From Elusimicrobiota bacterium (GTDB lineage Bacteria; Elusimicrobiota; Elusimicrobia; FEN-1173): DNA of 64,000 bases. This document shows positions 43,862 through 53,707 of this stretch, in pieces. The DNA lies in the NCBI GenBank assembly GCA_052388135.1, contig JBQTIM010000069.1, forward strand, positions 4,290 to 68,289. The letters run 5' to 3'. The position numbers were made by a program, and so were the translations under genes. The notes beneath the pieces are model-generated. The model had not been told where the DNA came from. It did no database searches and saw only the letters and a list, made by a program, of their open reading frames with translations. The first letter of the stretch is position 1. The number at the start of each line of letters is the position of its first letter.

Positions 43862-44611
43862 ATGAGCCGCGCCGCCGCGCCGGCGCCCGCCGCCTCCAAA
43901 GACGACGATCTCCTCCGCCGCATCGACCGCAACCGGCTGCCGCGGCACATCGCCGTCATCATGGACGGCAACGGCCGCTGGGCCAAGAAGAAGGGCTGGC
44001 CGAGGCTTCTGGGGCACAAGGCCGGCGCCGAGAGCGTGCGGGAGGCCGTGCGCGTCTGCGGCGAGCTGGGCGTGGAGGCGCTGACCCTCTACGCGTTCTC
44101 CACGGAAAATTGGCTGAGGCCCGCCGCCGAGGTGAAGGGCCTCATGAGCCTCCTGGTGCGCACCCTGCGGCGGGAGACGGCGGAACTGGACAAGAACAAC
44201 GTGCGCCTGCGCGCCATCGGCCGCCTGGCGGCCCTGCCGGCGGAGGTGCGGGCCGAGCTGAACCGCGCCGCGGGGGCGCTGAAGGGCAACTCGGGCCTGA
44301 TCCTCAACCTGGCCCTCAACTACGGCGGCCGCCAGGAAATCGTGGATTCCGTTCAGGCGCTTCTGGCCGCCGGCGCCAAGACGGTGGACGAGGCGGCCAT
44401 CAGCCGACATCTCTACACCGCCGGCCTGCCGGACCCGGACCTGCTCATCCGCACGTCGGGCGAGCGCCGGCTTTCCAATTTTCTCCTCTGGCAGTCGGCC
44501 TACGCCGAGATCTACATTTCGCCCGTTCTCTGGCCGGATTTCCGCCGCCGGCACATCTACGAAGCCGTGCTGGACTACCAGTCCCGCGAGCGCCGGTTCG
44601 GCGGACTCTAA
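43862..44611 (+). CDS. uppS: undecaprenyl diphosphate synthase (cis-prenyltransferase)
   Basis: 'HIAVIMDGNGRWA' and 'LTLYAFSTENWLRP'. The 5' part of the track ORF overlaps a repeat element. Confidence 0.9.
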   Translation: MSRAAAPAPAASKDDDLLRRIDRNRLPRHIAVIMDGNGRWAKKKGWPRLLGHKAGAESVREAVRVCGELGVEALTLYAFSTENWLRPAAEVKGLMSLLVRTLRRETAELDKNNVRLRAIGRLAALPAEVRAELNRAAGALKGNSGLILNLALNYGGRQEIVDSVQALLAAGAKTVDEAAISRHLYTAGLPDPDLLIRTSGERRLSNFLLWQSAYAEIYISPVLWPDFRRRHIYEAVLDYQSRERRFGGL

Positions 44612-44760
44612 AGGCAATGATGTGTGAAGGCAATGATGAAGGATGAATTAAGAATGATGAAAAAAACCGAATGGGCGCCGCTGAATTATGAACGGTAAAT
44701 TTATGAGAAAAACAGCCCGCCTGTTTTCATCCTTCATCCTTCATCATTCATCATTCTAAA
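44596..44760. repeat. inverted pair of ATGAAGGATGA-type short repeats in the uppS–cdsA spacer
   Basis: '…gaaggcaatgatgaaggatgaattaagaatgatgaaaaaaac…' pairs with '…gttttcatccttcatccttcatcattcatcattc…'. Confidence 0.45.
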
Positions 44761-44761
44761 T

Positions 44762-45610
44762 ATGGTGCTCCCCCGCCTTCTCACCGCGCTGGCCGCGGCG
44801 CCTATTTTTCTTTGGGTCCTTCATCTGGGCGGGCCGCCTTTCGCGGTCTTCATGTTCTTTCTCGTCTTGCTGGCGGCCTGGGAGTTCCACCTCATGGCGG
44901 AGGAAGGCGGCTACGCCGGCCAATCGTGGTGGGGCGTGGCGGCCGCCGGCCTGGTGGCCCTCGCCCTGATTTTTCCGGGCCTGCGGCCGGACATGGCTCT
45001 GCCGCGGCAGGCGCCCGCCCTGGCGGTGGCGTCGGCGATTTTCGTTCTCTTCGCGCGCGAGCTGGCGCGGGGGGACAAGAGCCTTTCCATGCTGAGGCTG
45101 GGCACGTCGTTGAGCGGACTGTTCCTCGTGGCTTGGCCGCTGGGCCATCTGATCTTGCTGAGGGACCTGCGGGGGCCGGGAGATCTTTTCCAGGTGGGGC
45201 GGGGAGCGGCGTTCTTCCTGGTGCTGTTGATCTGGGCCCAGGACGTGGCGGCCTGGGCGGCGGGCCGCGCCCTGGGGCGGCATCGCCTGGCGCCGCAGGT
45301 GAGCCCGGGCAAGACCTGGGAAGGCGGCGCGGCGGGCCTGGCGGCGGCGGTCCTGGCGGGCCTGGCGGCGCGCGAGTTTTTTCTGGCGGGAGCGTTCTCG
45401 CGGGGCGAGGCGGCGGCCCTGGCGGCGGTCTTGGGCGTGCTGGCCCAGTTTTCAGATTTGGCCGAATCCCTGATGAAGCGCTGTTTCGGCGTCAAGGATT
45501 CCTCCCAGCTCCTGCCCGGCCACGGCGGCGTTCTGGACCGTTTCGACTCGTTCCTTTTCTCGGCCCCTTTCCTTTATTTTTATTTGATCATCACCGGCCG
45601 GGCGGGATAG
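44762..45610 (+). CDS. cdsA: phosphatidate cytidylyltransferase
   Basis: 'SPGKTWEG' and 'GHGGVLDRFDS'. Confidence 0.85.
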   Translation: MVLPRLLTALAAAPIFLWVLHLGGPPFAVFMFFLVLLAAWEFHLMAEEGGYAGQSWWGVAAAGLVALALIFPGLRPDMALPRQAPALAVASAIFVLFARELARGDKSLSMLRLGTSLSGLFLVAWPLGHLILLRDLRGPGDLFQVGRGAAFFLVLLIWAQDVAAWAAGRALGRHRLAPQVSPGKTWEGGAAGLAAAVLAGLAAREFFLAGAFSRGEAAALAAVLGVLAQFSDLAESLMKRCFGVKDSSQLLPGHGGVLDRFDSFLFSAPFLYFYLIITGRAG

Positions 45611-45614
45611 GCGC

Positions 45615-46802
45615 ATGAAGAGGATCGCCATCCTGGGCTCCACGGGCTCCATCGGCGTGAACGCCCTGGACGTGTTGAGGCGGCTGAACCGGTCCAACGG
45701 CGCGCGGCCGTCCTATCAGGCCTGGGGCTTGGCGGCGGACAAGAACGTGGGCGCCCTGAAAAAACAGATTTTGGAGTTTCGCCCATCGGCGGCCGCGGTG
45801 GCGGACCCGCGCGCCGCGGCCGAGCTGAAAACCTGGGCGCGCCGGCGCGCGCCGCGCCTTAAAGTGTGGGAAGGGCGGGCGGGCCTGGAGCGCCTGGCGG
45901 CCGCGCCCGAGACGGATCTTTTGCTTTCTGGCGTCGTGGGCGCGGCGGGCCTGGCGCCGCTCATGGCGGCGGTGCGGGCGGGCAAGAAAGTGGCCCTGGC
46001 CAACAAGGAATCCCTGGTGGCGGCGGGCGGACTGATCACCGCCGAAGCGAAGCGTTCCGGCGCGGAGCTGATTCCCGTGGACAGCGAGCACTCGGCCATG
46101 TTCCAATGCCTGCAATCCTCGCCCCGGCGGCACATCCGCCGGCTCATCCTGACGGCGTCGGGCGGCGCTTTCTACAAACGCAAAGGCTCTTTGGACAAGG
46201 TGACGGCGCGGCAGGCGCTCAACCACCCGACGTGGAAAATGGGCGACAAGATCACCATAGACTGCGCCACGCTCATGAACAAGGGCCTGGAAGCCATCGA
46301 GGCGCACCATTTGTTCGGCGTGCCCATGGACAAGATCGGCATCGTGGTCCATCCCCAGTCCATCGTGCACTCCCTGGTGGAGTTCTCGGACGGCGCCATG
46401 CTGGCCCAGCTGTCCCACCCGGACATGCGCCTGCCGATCCAATACGCGCTGACGCACCCGGACCGCCTGCCCACGCCCCTGCGGACGCTGGAGCTGGAGG
46501 AGGTCCGCCGGCTGGATTTCCGGGCTCCGAATTTCCGCCGGTTCCCCTGCCTGGAGCTGGCTCTCTCGGCGGGCCGCCGCGGCGGCACCTGGCCGGCGGC
46601 GCTCAACGGGGCCAACGAGGACGCGGTGCGGGCTTTCCTCGAAGGCCGCCTCTCGTTTTTGGGAATCCCGCGGGTCATCCGACGGGTGCTGGAGAAGCAC
46701 AAGCCGAATTTGCGCCCCGCGCTGGAGGATGTTCACGCGGCCGATGAGTGGTCGCGGCGGGAAGCGGAAGCCGTTATTGATAGAATGAAGGAAGGCGGAT
46801 GA
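45615..46802 (+). CDS. dxr: 1-deoxy-D-xylulose 5-phosphate reductoisomerase
   Basis: 'IAILGSTGSIG', 'LANKESLV' and 'VDSEHSA'. Confidence 0.9.
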   Translation: MKRIAILGSTGSIGVNALDVLRRLNRSNGARPSYQAWGLAADKNVGALKKQILEFRPSAAAVADPRAAAELKTWARRRAPRLKVWEGRAGLERLAAAPETDLLLSGVVGAAGLAPLMAAVRAGKKVALANKESLVAAGGLITAEAKRSGAELIPVDSEHSAMFQCLQSSPRRHIRRLILTASGGAFYKRKGSLDKVTARQALNHPTWKMGDKITIDCATLMNKGLEAIEAHHLFGVPMDKIGIVVHPQSIVHSLVEFSDGAMLAQLSHPDMRLPIQYALTHPDRLPTPLRTLELEEVRRLDFRAPNFRRFPCLELALSAGRRGGTWPAALNGANEDAVRAFLEGRLSFLGIPRVIRRVLEKHKPNLRPALEDVHAADEWSRREAEAVIDRMKEGG

Positions 46803-46878
46803 GGAGCGGAGCAAATCCCGCCGCCGGCGCTTCGCGCGCCGTTCGTCCGGCGTCCGCCGCCGACTCTGAGGAGGGTCC

Positions 46879-48018
46879 ATGTCCATTTTGATCAGCGCCC
46901 TGGCCATCGTGCTGGTGTTCGGGGTGGTTATCTTCGTCCACGAGTTCGGCCATTTCATCGTCGCCAAGAAGTCCGGCGTGAAGGTGGACCGCTTTTCCTT
47001 CGGCTTGGGGCCGGAAATTTTCGGCTTCAACTGGGGCGAGACCCGCTACTGCGTCGCCTGGATTCCCCTGGGCGGCGAGGTGCGCATGGCGGGCGAGGCC
47101 GCCTTCGAGGAGGGCGACCCCGACAAGCCGCCCCAGCCCCGGGACCCGCGCGAATTTTTCGCCAAGCCCTGGTACCGCCGCATCCCCATCGTGGTGGCGG
47201 GCCCGGCCATGAACTACGTGCTGGCGTTCCTGATTTTTTCCGTCATGGCCCTGACCTGGGGCGACCCCCGCATCTCCCCCGAGCCCGTCATCGGCGAAGT
47301 GATGGCCGGCTACCCGGCCGAGGAAGCCGGCCTGCGGGCGGGGGACCGCGTGCTTTCTTTGGACGGAAAGCCCGTGGCCGCCTGGACGGAGATGGCCGAA
47401 GGGATCCACGGGCGGGCCGACCAGGCGGTGGCCGTGGAATACAAGCGGGGCGAGGAAACCGGCACGGTGCGGCTCACCCCGCGCCTCGGGCCCGAAGGCC
47501 GCGGCCTCATCGGCGTCACGCCTTCCACCGTTTTCGACAAAGTGGGCTTCTGGACCGCCTGGGTCCGCGGCGCCCAGCAGACCTGGATGTGGACGGAATA
47601 CACCCTCCGCTACCTGGGAGAAAAACTCGTCAAGCGCGAGAAGCCGGAGCTGTCGGGCCCCCTGGGCATCGCCACCGTGGTGGCCAAGGCGACGCGGGCC
47701 GGCGTCCAGGACATGCTCTACCTCATCGCCCTCATTTCCGTGGGCATCGGCCTCTTCAACCTGTTCCCCATCCCGCTCCTGGACGGCGGTCACCTCATGT
47801 TCTACCTTTGGGAAGGCATCACCAAGCGCCCCGTCACCCGCCGCGCCATGTCCGTGGCCAACACCCTGGGGCTTTCCCTGCTCCTCACCGTGCTGGTCTT
47901 CGCCACCTACAGCGACATCCAGCGCATGCGGGGCGGAAAAGGCGGGGACACGGAGACGTCCCAGCCGAAGGACGCCGGCGCCGCCGAAACAAAACCCGAG
48001 AGCCCCGCCGTTCCATGA
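46879..48018 (+). CDS. rseP: site-2 protease RseP (zinc metalloprotease with PDZ domain)
   Basis: 'HEFGH' in the first TM helix, a PDZ segment, and 'LNLLPIPxLDGG'-type motif 'FNLFPIPLLDGGH'. Confidence 0.85.
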   Translation: MSILISALAIVLVFGVVIFVHEFGHFIVAKKSGVKVDRFSFGLGPEIFGFNWGETRYCVAWIPLGGEVRMAGEAAFEEGDPDKPPQPRDPREFFAKPWYRRIPIVVAGPAMNYVLAFLIFSVMALTWGDPRISPEPVIGEVMAGYPAEEAGLRAGDRVLSLDGKPVAAWTEMAEGIHGRADQAVAVEYKRGEETGTVRLTPRLGPEGRGLIGVTPSTVFDKVGFWTAWVRGAQQTWMWTEYTLRYLGEKLVKREKPELSGPLGIATVVAKATRAGVQDMLYLIALISVGIGLFNLFPIPLLDGGHLMFYLWEGITKRPVTRRAMSVANTLGLSLLLTVLVFATYSDIQRMRGGKGGDTETSQPKDAGAAETKPESPAVP

Positions 48019-48081
48019 GTCTCTTCTCCTCCGGCCCCGCGTGCTGAAGTTCCGCCTCGCCGCCTCGCGGCGCGCCCTTTC

Positions 48082-49782
48082 ATGAGGCTTTCCCGCGCCC
48101 TCGCCCCGACGCTGCGCGAGCCGCCCCGCGACGCCGACAGCGTCTCGGCCAAACTCATGCTGCGGGCCGGCCTCGTGCGCAAGGTGGCGGCGGGCCTTTA
48201 CGAGTGGCTGCCTCTGGGCCTGCGGGTCCTGCGCAAGGTGGAGCGCATCATCCGCGAGGAGATGGACCTCATCGGCGGCCAGGAAGTTTCCCTGCCCGTC
48301 CTCCAGCCCAAATCGTTGTGGGAGGAAACCGGCCGCTGGCAGGTCTACGGCAAAGAGCTCATGCGCCTCTCCGACCGCAAGGACGCCGAGTTCTGCCTGG
48401 CCCCCACCGCCGAGGAGGTCATCACCGACCTGGCGCGGCGCGAGGTGCGCTCCTACCGCGAGCTCCCGCTCCTGCTCTACCAGTTCGGGGCCAAGTTCCG
48501 GGACGAGATCCGCCCGCGCTTCGGCGTCATGCGCGCGCGCGAGTTCCTCATGAAAGACGCCTACTCCTTCCACGCCGACGAGGAAAGCCTGGAGGGAACC
48601 TACCGCGCGGCCTACGAGGCCTACAAGAAAATCTTCACCCGCTGCGGCCTGGACTTCCGTCCCGTGGAGGCCCAAAGCGGCGCCATCGGCGGCAGTTTCT
48701 CCCACGAGTTCATGGTGCTGGCGGAAACGGGCGAGGAAGCCATCGCCTCCTGCGCCTGCGGCTACGCGGCCAACGCCGAACGCGCCGAGATCAAGGACGG
48801 CGGCCCCGCGGAGAAGCCCGAACAACCCCAGCCTCTCCAAGAAGTGGACACCCCGGGCGCCTGGACCGTGGAGGCCGTGGCGAAGCTCCTGGGCGAGCCG
48901 CCGGAAAAATTCATCAAGACCCTCTTTTACGTGGCCGACGGAAAACCCGTGGTGGCCCTGGTGCGCGGCGACGCGGAGCTCAACGAGGCCAAACTGCAAA
49001 GGCTGCTCGGCGCGAAACTCCTGCACAAGGCTTCCGACGAGGTTTACCGCCAGGCGGCGGGCTGCGACGTGGGTTTCGCCGGGCCCGGCGGCCTCAAGGC
49101 CCCCGTCTACGCGGACCACGGCCTGCGGCACCTCGCCAACGCCGTGTCCGGCGCGGGAAAAAAAGACAAGCATCTTAAGAACATCAATTTCGGCCGCGAT
49201 TACGGCGTGGAGGCCTTCGCCGACCTTCGCGTGGCCAAGCCCGGCGACGCCTGCCCCCGCTGCGGCCGGCCGCTGACCTTCTCCCGCGGCATCGAGGTGG
49301 GCCACGTGTTCAAGCTGGGCACGAAATACTCCGAAGCTTTGCAAGCCGGCTTCCTGACGGAAAAAGGCGCCAAGGCGCCTTTCCTCATGGGCTGCTACGG
49401 CATCGGCGTCAGCCGCGTCGTAGCCGCCGCCATCGAGCAGCGCCACGACGACGCCGGCATCGCCTGGCCGCCCGCCCTGGCGCCCTACCACGTGCTGGTT
49501 TTGCCCTTGAACGTCACCCACCCCGGCGTCCTGTCCGCCGCGGAAAAAATCTACGCCGAGCTGGCCGCCCGGGGCGTGGAAGTTCTGCTGGACGACCGCG
49601 ACCGCCGCGCCGGCGAAAAGTTCGCCGACGCGGACCTGCTGGGCATCCCCTGGCGCGTGGTGGTCGGCGAGAAGAAGCTGGCCGCCGGTCTGGCCGAGCT
49701 CAAGCGCCGCTCCTCCCCCCAGGCCGAAGACGTGCCGCTGGACGTTGTGCCGGACCGCCTCCTCAAAGACCTCTCCGCCTAA
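48082..49782 (+). CDS. proS: prolyl-tRNA synthetase (bacterial type with editing insertion)
   Basis: Class-II motifs 'FRDEIRPRFGVMRAREFLMKDAYSF' and 'GCYGIGVSR'. Confidence 0.9.
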   Translation: MRLSRALAPTLREPPRDADSVSAKLMLRAGLVRKVAAGLYEWLPLGLRVLRKVERIIREEMDLIGGQEVSLPVLQPKSLWEETGRWQVYGKELMRLSDRKDAEFCLAPTAEEVITDLARREVRSYRELPLLLYQFGAKFRDEIRPRFGVMRAREFLMKDAYSFHADEESLEGTYRAAYEAYKKIFTRCGLDFRPVEAQSGAIGGSFSHEFMVLAETGEEAIASCACGYAANAERAEIKDGGPAEKPEQPQPLQEVDTPGAWTVEAVAKLLGEPPEKFIKTLFYVADGKPVVALVRGDAELNEAKLQRLLGAKLLHKASDEVYRQAAGCDVGFAGPGGLKAPVYADHGLRHLANAVSGAGKKDKHLKNINFGRDYGVEAFADLRVAKPGDACPRCGRPLTFSRGIEVGHVFKLGTKYSEALQAGFLTEKGAKAPFLMGCYGIGVSRVVAAAIEQRHDDAGIAWPPALAPYHVLVLPLNVTHPGVLSAAEKIYAELAARGVEVLLDDRDRRAGEKFADADLLGIPWRVVVGEKKLAAGLAELKRRSSPQAEDVPLDVVPDRLLKDLSA

Positions 49783-49946
49783 TTCCCGCCCTCCGTTCCT
49801 CCGCCGGACCCCCGACGGAACTCCGCCTGTTTTGGTTACAAAGATGTTACATCAAATTTACAAAAACTTAATGCGGCCTTAAGGCGTCCGGAATAGACTA
49901 GTCATAGGCCGAAGGAAGCATCGCTTCAAATTCGTCAATCGGCCGC

Positions 49947-49980
49947 CCCTTTAAAGCCGCCCGCCCCCCCGGGCGGCTTT
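49947..49980 (+). terminator. intrinsic terminator: 8-bp perfect GC stem gccgcccg/cgggcggc, 6-nt C loop, then T8
   Basis: Read directly from 'gccgcccgcccccccgggcggctttttttt', ~165 nt after the proS stop. Confidence 0.7.
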
Positions 49981-50015
49981 TTTTTGCCCGCCGATGCCCG
50001 TGGGCGAGATTTTGC

Positions 50016-50044
50016 TTGAAAAAGGCCTCAAATCGTCGCATAAT
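50016..50044 (+). promoter_or_regulatory. sigma70-type promoter candidate: TTGAAA, 17-nt spacer, CATAAT
   Basis: Optimal spacing, ~60 nt upstream of ATG 50105. Confidence 0.5.
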
Positions 50045-50104
50045 GTCTCTTCCGCCGGCTCTTCCGCCAGGGTCCGGCCCACCCGTCTCCGAATCGAGGA
50101 ATCC

Positions 50105-50578
50105 ATGCCGTTCGACGACACCATATTTTTCAAGCAGAACGCCGAGCTCATCCAATTTTTCGGCGACCTCACCGACGACCAACTCCGGGAGCTCACGGCC
50201 GTCATCGAGCGCGACACCTACGACAGCGGCCGCACCGAGCTGTTTCAGGGGGAGATGACGCACAACTTCTACATCGTCAAGCGGGGGCGCGTCACCGTCA
50301 CCGCCCGCGACACCAAGCAGAAGGACAAGATCATCCTGGCGGAGCTGAAGGCCGGAGATTTCTTCGGCGAGATATCCCTTTTGGAGGCCACCACGGCCAC
50401 CGCCACCATAAAAGTGGTGGAGGACGGCACCGAAATCCTCACCATTCCCCGGGACGCCTTCCAGAACCTCCTGCGGGAAGCGCCCCACCTGGAAGGCGCC
50501 CTGCGCCGGCGCATCGCCGCACGCAAGGAACAAAAAACGCAGGCCTTCAAGAAGCCCGAGGACGACGAGGTCGTCTAA
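50105..50578 (+). CDS. cyclic-nucleotide-binding domain protein (single cNMP domain, ~157 aa)
   Basis: 'FFKQNAELIQFFGDLTDDQL…GEMTHNFYIVKRGRVTV…GDFFGEISLL'. Start taken at MPFDD, because the upstream part of the track ORF covers the promoter. Confidence 0.65.
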   Translation: MPFDDTIFFKQNAELIQFFGDLTDDQLRELTAVIERDTYDSGRTELFQGEMTHNFYIVKRGRVTVTARDTKQKDKIILAELKAGDFFGEISLLEATTATATIKVVEDGTEILTIPRDAFQNLLREAPHLEGALRRRIAARKEQKTQAFKKPEDDEVV

Positions 50579-50721
50579 GCGCCTTCTCCGTTCCAAATCC
50601 GCGTTCCCACCCGTCTGAAAATCGCCCGCCTACGTCCCGGTCCCCCGCTCTTGAGGCGGGCACGCGCTTCCATGAGAAAAGTGTTGAAGAGACGCCCCAA
50701 TTCGCATAAGCTTATAGCCGC

Positions 50722-53625
50722 ATGAAAAAGAGTTGGGTGATGGACACGTTGGTGGGAATTTCTTTGAGCCTGGCCGTGGCGGCCGCGGCGTTCTTCCGCT
50801 GGCCCGTGACGGAGGCCTTGGAGAGCCGGCTCTACGACCTGCGCCTCCAGCATTCCCCCAAAGCCCCCCTGTCGGATCAAATCCTCTTCGTGGCCATAGA
50901 CGACGCCAGCCTGGAATCCGCGGGCCGCTGGCCCTGGCCGCGGAGCTACATCGGCCAGATGGTCCAGCAGATCGGCGCCGGGCGGCCCAAGGTCATCGGC
51001 GTCAATATTTTCTTTACCGAAGCGGACGAGAACCAGGGCTTGGAGCGCGTCCGCAACCTCCGCCAGCAGTACGTCGAGGCCGCCGGCGACCCGGCCATCG
51101 CCACCCTGCAGGCGCTCGTGAAAAAGGACAGGAAACTGCGGTGGGCGGAGACCGTCCTGGATCCTCTCTTGGACATGGACATCCTGTTCGCCGAGGCCGA
51201 GGACAGCCTGGACAACGACCGCGCCCTGGCCCTGGCCCTGCAGGAAACCCCCCGCGTGGTCCTGCCCATGACGTTCACGAGTCTGGAGGCTCCTCTGGCC
51301 GGGGAGCCGCCCGAGCTGCTGGACCGCATGAAAACCCGCGCCCTGGCGGAAGGCGAGCCGACGCCCCGGTCGGCGGTTCCGGAGGGTTACGCTCCCCTCC
51401 TTCCCCTGGAAAAATTTGCCGGCGCCGCGGCCGGCCTCGGCCACAGCAACATCTTCAAGGACTGGGACGGCTCCGTGCGGCGCGAGGCGCCGGTGGTCCG
51501 CTACCAGGGCCGCCTGTTTCCCTCACTGGCTTTGGAGATGGCCCGCGTGGCCCGCGGCCTGGCGCCGGAGGACGAGAAGGTGTCGCCCGGGCGCGACGTC
51601 CTTCTGGGCGAAACGCGCATTCCTCTCGACGGAGAAAGCCGCGCGCTCATCAATTTCCCGTCGTCGTTTTCCGACCTCAAGACGGTGTCCGCCGTGGACG
51701 TCCTGGCGGAAAAAATCCCGCCCGAAACCTTCAAGGACAAGCTGGTGCTGCTCGGCCCCATGGCCTCGGGCCTGGGCACGCTTTTCGTGACGCCGGTGGA
51801 AGCCAACTACCCCGACAGCGGCGTCATCGTCACCTCTCTGCAGAACATTTTGGGCGGCTCGTTCCTCCAGAGGCCGGCGTGGGCTTTCCAGGCGGAGATG
51901 GGCGCCTTGCTGGCGGTGGCCTTGTTCGTGTCGTTCCTCCTGCCGCACCTGCGGGCCCGCATGGGCGCCCTTTGCGCTCTCTTGCTCCTCATCGCGCTGG
52001 GCGCCGCCGGCGCCTATCTTTTCGTGGCCCAAAAAATCTGGGTGAAGATTTTCTACGGCATGGCGCTTTTGGTTCTGGGCTACGGCCTCATCACCCTGCG
52101 GCGCTTCTTCTTCACGGAGCGGCGCAAGGAGCTCGTGGAGGCGGAGAGCATCGAGACCAACAAGATGCTGGGCCTCTCTTTCCAAGGCCAGGGCATGCTC
52201 GACATGGCCTTCGATAAGTTCCGCAAGTGCCCCGTGGACGACGCCATGAAGGACCTGCTCTACAACCTCGCCCTGGATTTCGAGCGCAAGCGCCAGTTCA
52301 ACAAAGCCGCCGTGGTCTACGAGCACATCGGCAGGACCGACCCGGGCTACAAAGACATCAAGGAACGCCAGAAGGGCGCCAAAACGGCGGGCGACACCAT
52401 GATCGCCGGTCCGGGCCTGGGAGGCAAGCGCGAGGGCACTCTGGTCATGGAGGGTTCCACCGTCAAGCCAACGCTGGGGCGCTACGAAATCGAAAAAGAG
52501 CTGGGCCGCGGCGCCATGGGCGTCGTCTACCTGGGCCGCGACCCCAAGATCAACCGCCAGGTGGCCATCAAGACGCTGCGCTTCAACGACGAGGTGGAGG
52601 AATCCGCCGTCAAGATGGTGCGCGAGCGTTTTTTCCGCGAGGCCGAGTCCGCCGGCACTTTGAACCACCCCAACATCATCCGCATCTTCGACGCCGGCGA
52701 AGACAACGAGGTTTCCTACATCGCCATGGAGCTTCTGGCCGGCGAGGATTTGAAAAAATACACGGACAAGGCCAGCCTCCTGCCGCCCCCGCAGGTGATG
52801 GAGTACGCGGCCTTGATCGCCGACGCGCTGGACTACGCCCACGCCAACGGCGTCATTCACCGCGACATCAAGCCCGCCAACATCATGCGCCTGAAGGACG
52901 GCACCCTGCGCGTCACGGACTTCGGCATCGCCCGCATCGCGGCGTCCTCCAAGACCCAGACCGGCACGGTCATGGGCACGCCCAGCTACATGTCGCCCGA
53001 GCAGATCGCCGGCAAAAAGGTGGACGGCCGCGCGGACCTGTTCTCCCTCGGCGTCATGCTCTACGAGATGCTGACGGGGGAAAAGCCTTTCGACGGGGAC
53101 AGCATCGCCACGCTCCTTTTCCGCATCTCCAACGAGGTCCACCCCGACCCGCGCTTGAAGGCCTCCGACCGCGTGTCCGTCGCCGCTCGGGCCGTCATCG
53201 ACAAGGCCCTGGCCAAGGACCCGGTCCTGCGCTATCAGCGCGGAAGCGAAATGGCGGCCGACCTGCGGGAGGCTTTGAAGACCCCCGGCGCTGCGCCGGC
53301 CAACGCCGCGCGGCCGCCGGTGGAGGAGGAGGTTCCCGTTCCTCCGGCCGACCAGGCCGTCGCGCCCGCGGCCGAGCCGCCCGCGGCCGCGGCCGAGCCG
53401 CCGCCCGATGTTTCTTTCCCCGACATGGGCGCCGGCATCGCCGCCGCCCTGGGAGGACTGACGACGGCGCCGGAGCCCCCGGCCGATCCCTACCCGCCCC
53501 CGAACGCCGCCGAACCCAACGGCCATGGGGCGGAAACCGGAAACGAAAAACCCCTTTCTTCGGAAACCGTCCGCCTGCCGCCCGGCGAAGTCCAATTTCC
53601 CGACGACACCTTGAAAATGCCATGA
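50722..53625 (+). CDS. membrane sensor Ser/Thr protein kinase: N-terminal extracytoplasmic CHASE2-like domain, TM helices, and C-terminal Hanks-type kinase domain with a Pro/Ala-rich tail
   Basis: Kinase motifs 'LGRGAMGVVYLG', 'VAIK', 'HRDIKPANI', 'DFG' and 'GTPSYMSPE'. The N-terminal ~400 aa with flanking TM segments is CHASE2-like. Confidence 0.8.
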   Translation: MKKSWVMDTLVGISLSLAVAAAAFFRWPVTEALESRLYDLRLQHSPKAPLSDQILFVAIDDASLESAGRWPWPRSYIGQMVQQIGAGRPKVIGVNIFFTEADENQGLERVRNLRQQYVEAAGDPAIATLQALVKKDRKLRWAETVLDPLLDMDILFAEAEDSLDNDRALALALQETPRVVLPMTFTSLEAPLAGEPPELLDRMKTRALAEGEPTPRSAVPEGYAPLLPLEKFAGAAAGLGHSNIFKDWDGSVRREAPVVRYQGRLFPSLALEMARVARGLAPEDEKVSPGRDVLLGETRIPLDGESRALINFPSSFSDLKTVSAVDVLAEKIPPETFKDKLVLLGPMASGLGTLFVTPVEANYPDSGVIVTSLQNILGGSFLQRPAWAFQAEMGALLAVALFVSFLLPHLRARMGALCALLLLIALGAAGAYLFVAQKIWVKIFYGMALLVLGYGLITLRRFFFTERRKELVEAESIETNKMLGLSFQGQGMLDMAFDKFRKCPVDDAMKDLLYNLALDFERKRQFNKAAVVYEHIGRTDPGYKDIKERQKGAKTAGDTMIAGPGLGGKREGTLVMEGSTVKPTLGRYEIEKELGRGAMGVVYLGRDPKINRQVAIKTLRFNDEVEESAVKMVRERFFREAESAGTLNHPNIIRIFDAGEDNEVSYIAMELLAGEDLKKYTDKASLLPPPQVMEYAALIADALDYAHANGVIHRDIKPANIMRLKDGTLRVTDFGIARIAASSKTQTGTVMGTPSYMSPEQIAGKKVDGRADLFSLGVMLYEMLTGEKPFDGDSIATLLFRISNEVHPDPRLKASDRVSVAARAVIDKALAKDPVLRYQRGSEMAADLREALKTPGAAPANAARPPVEEEVPVPPADQAVAPAAEPPAAAAEPPPDVSFPDMGAGIAAALGGLTTAPEPPADPYPPPNAAEPNGHGAETGNEKPLSSETVRLPPGEVQFPDDTLKMP

Positions 53626-53707
53626 CCCGCGCGGGGGGGGGCAGGAGCGTTGAGGGCGAGAAAAATCAGGCGCGCGGTCCGCGCGCTCTCCGCCGGAGGT
53701 TTCCGTC

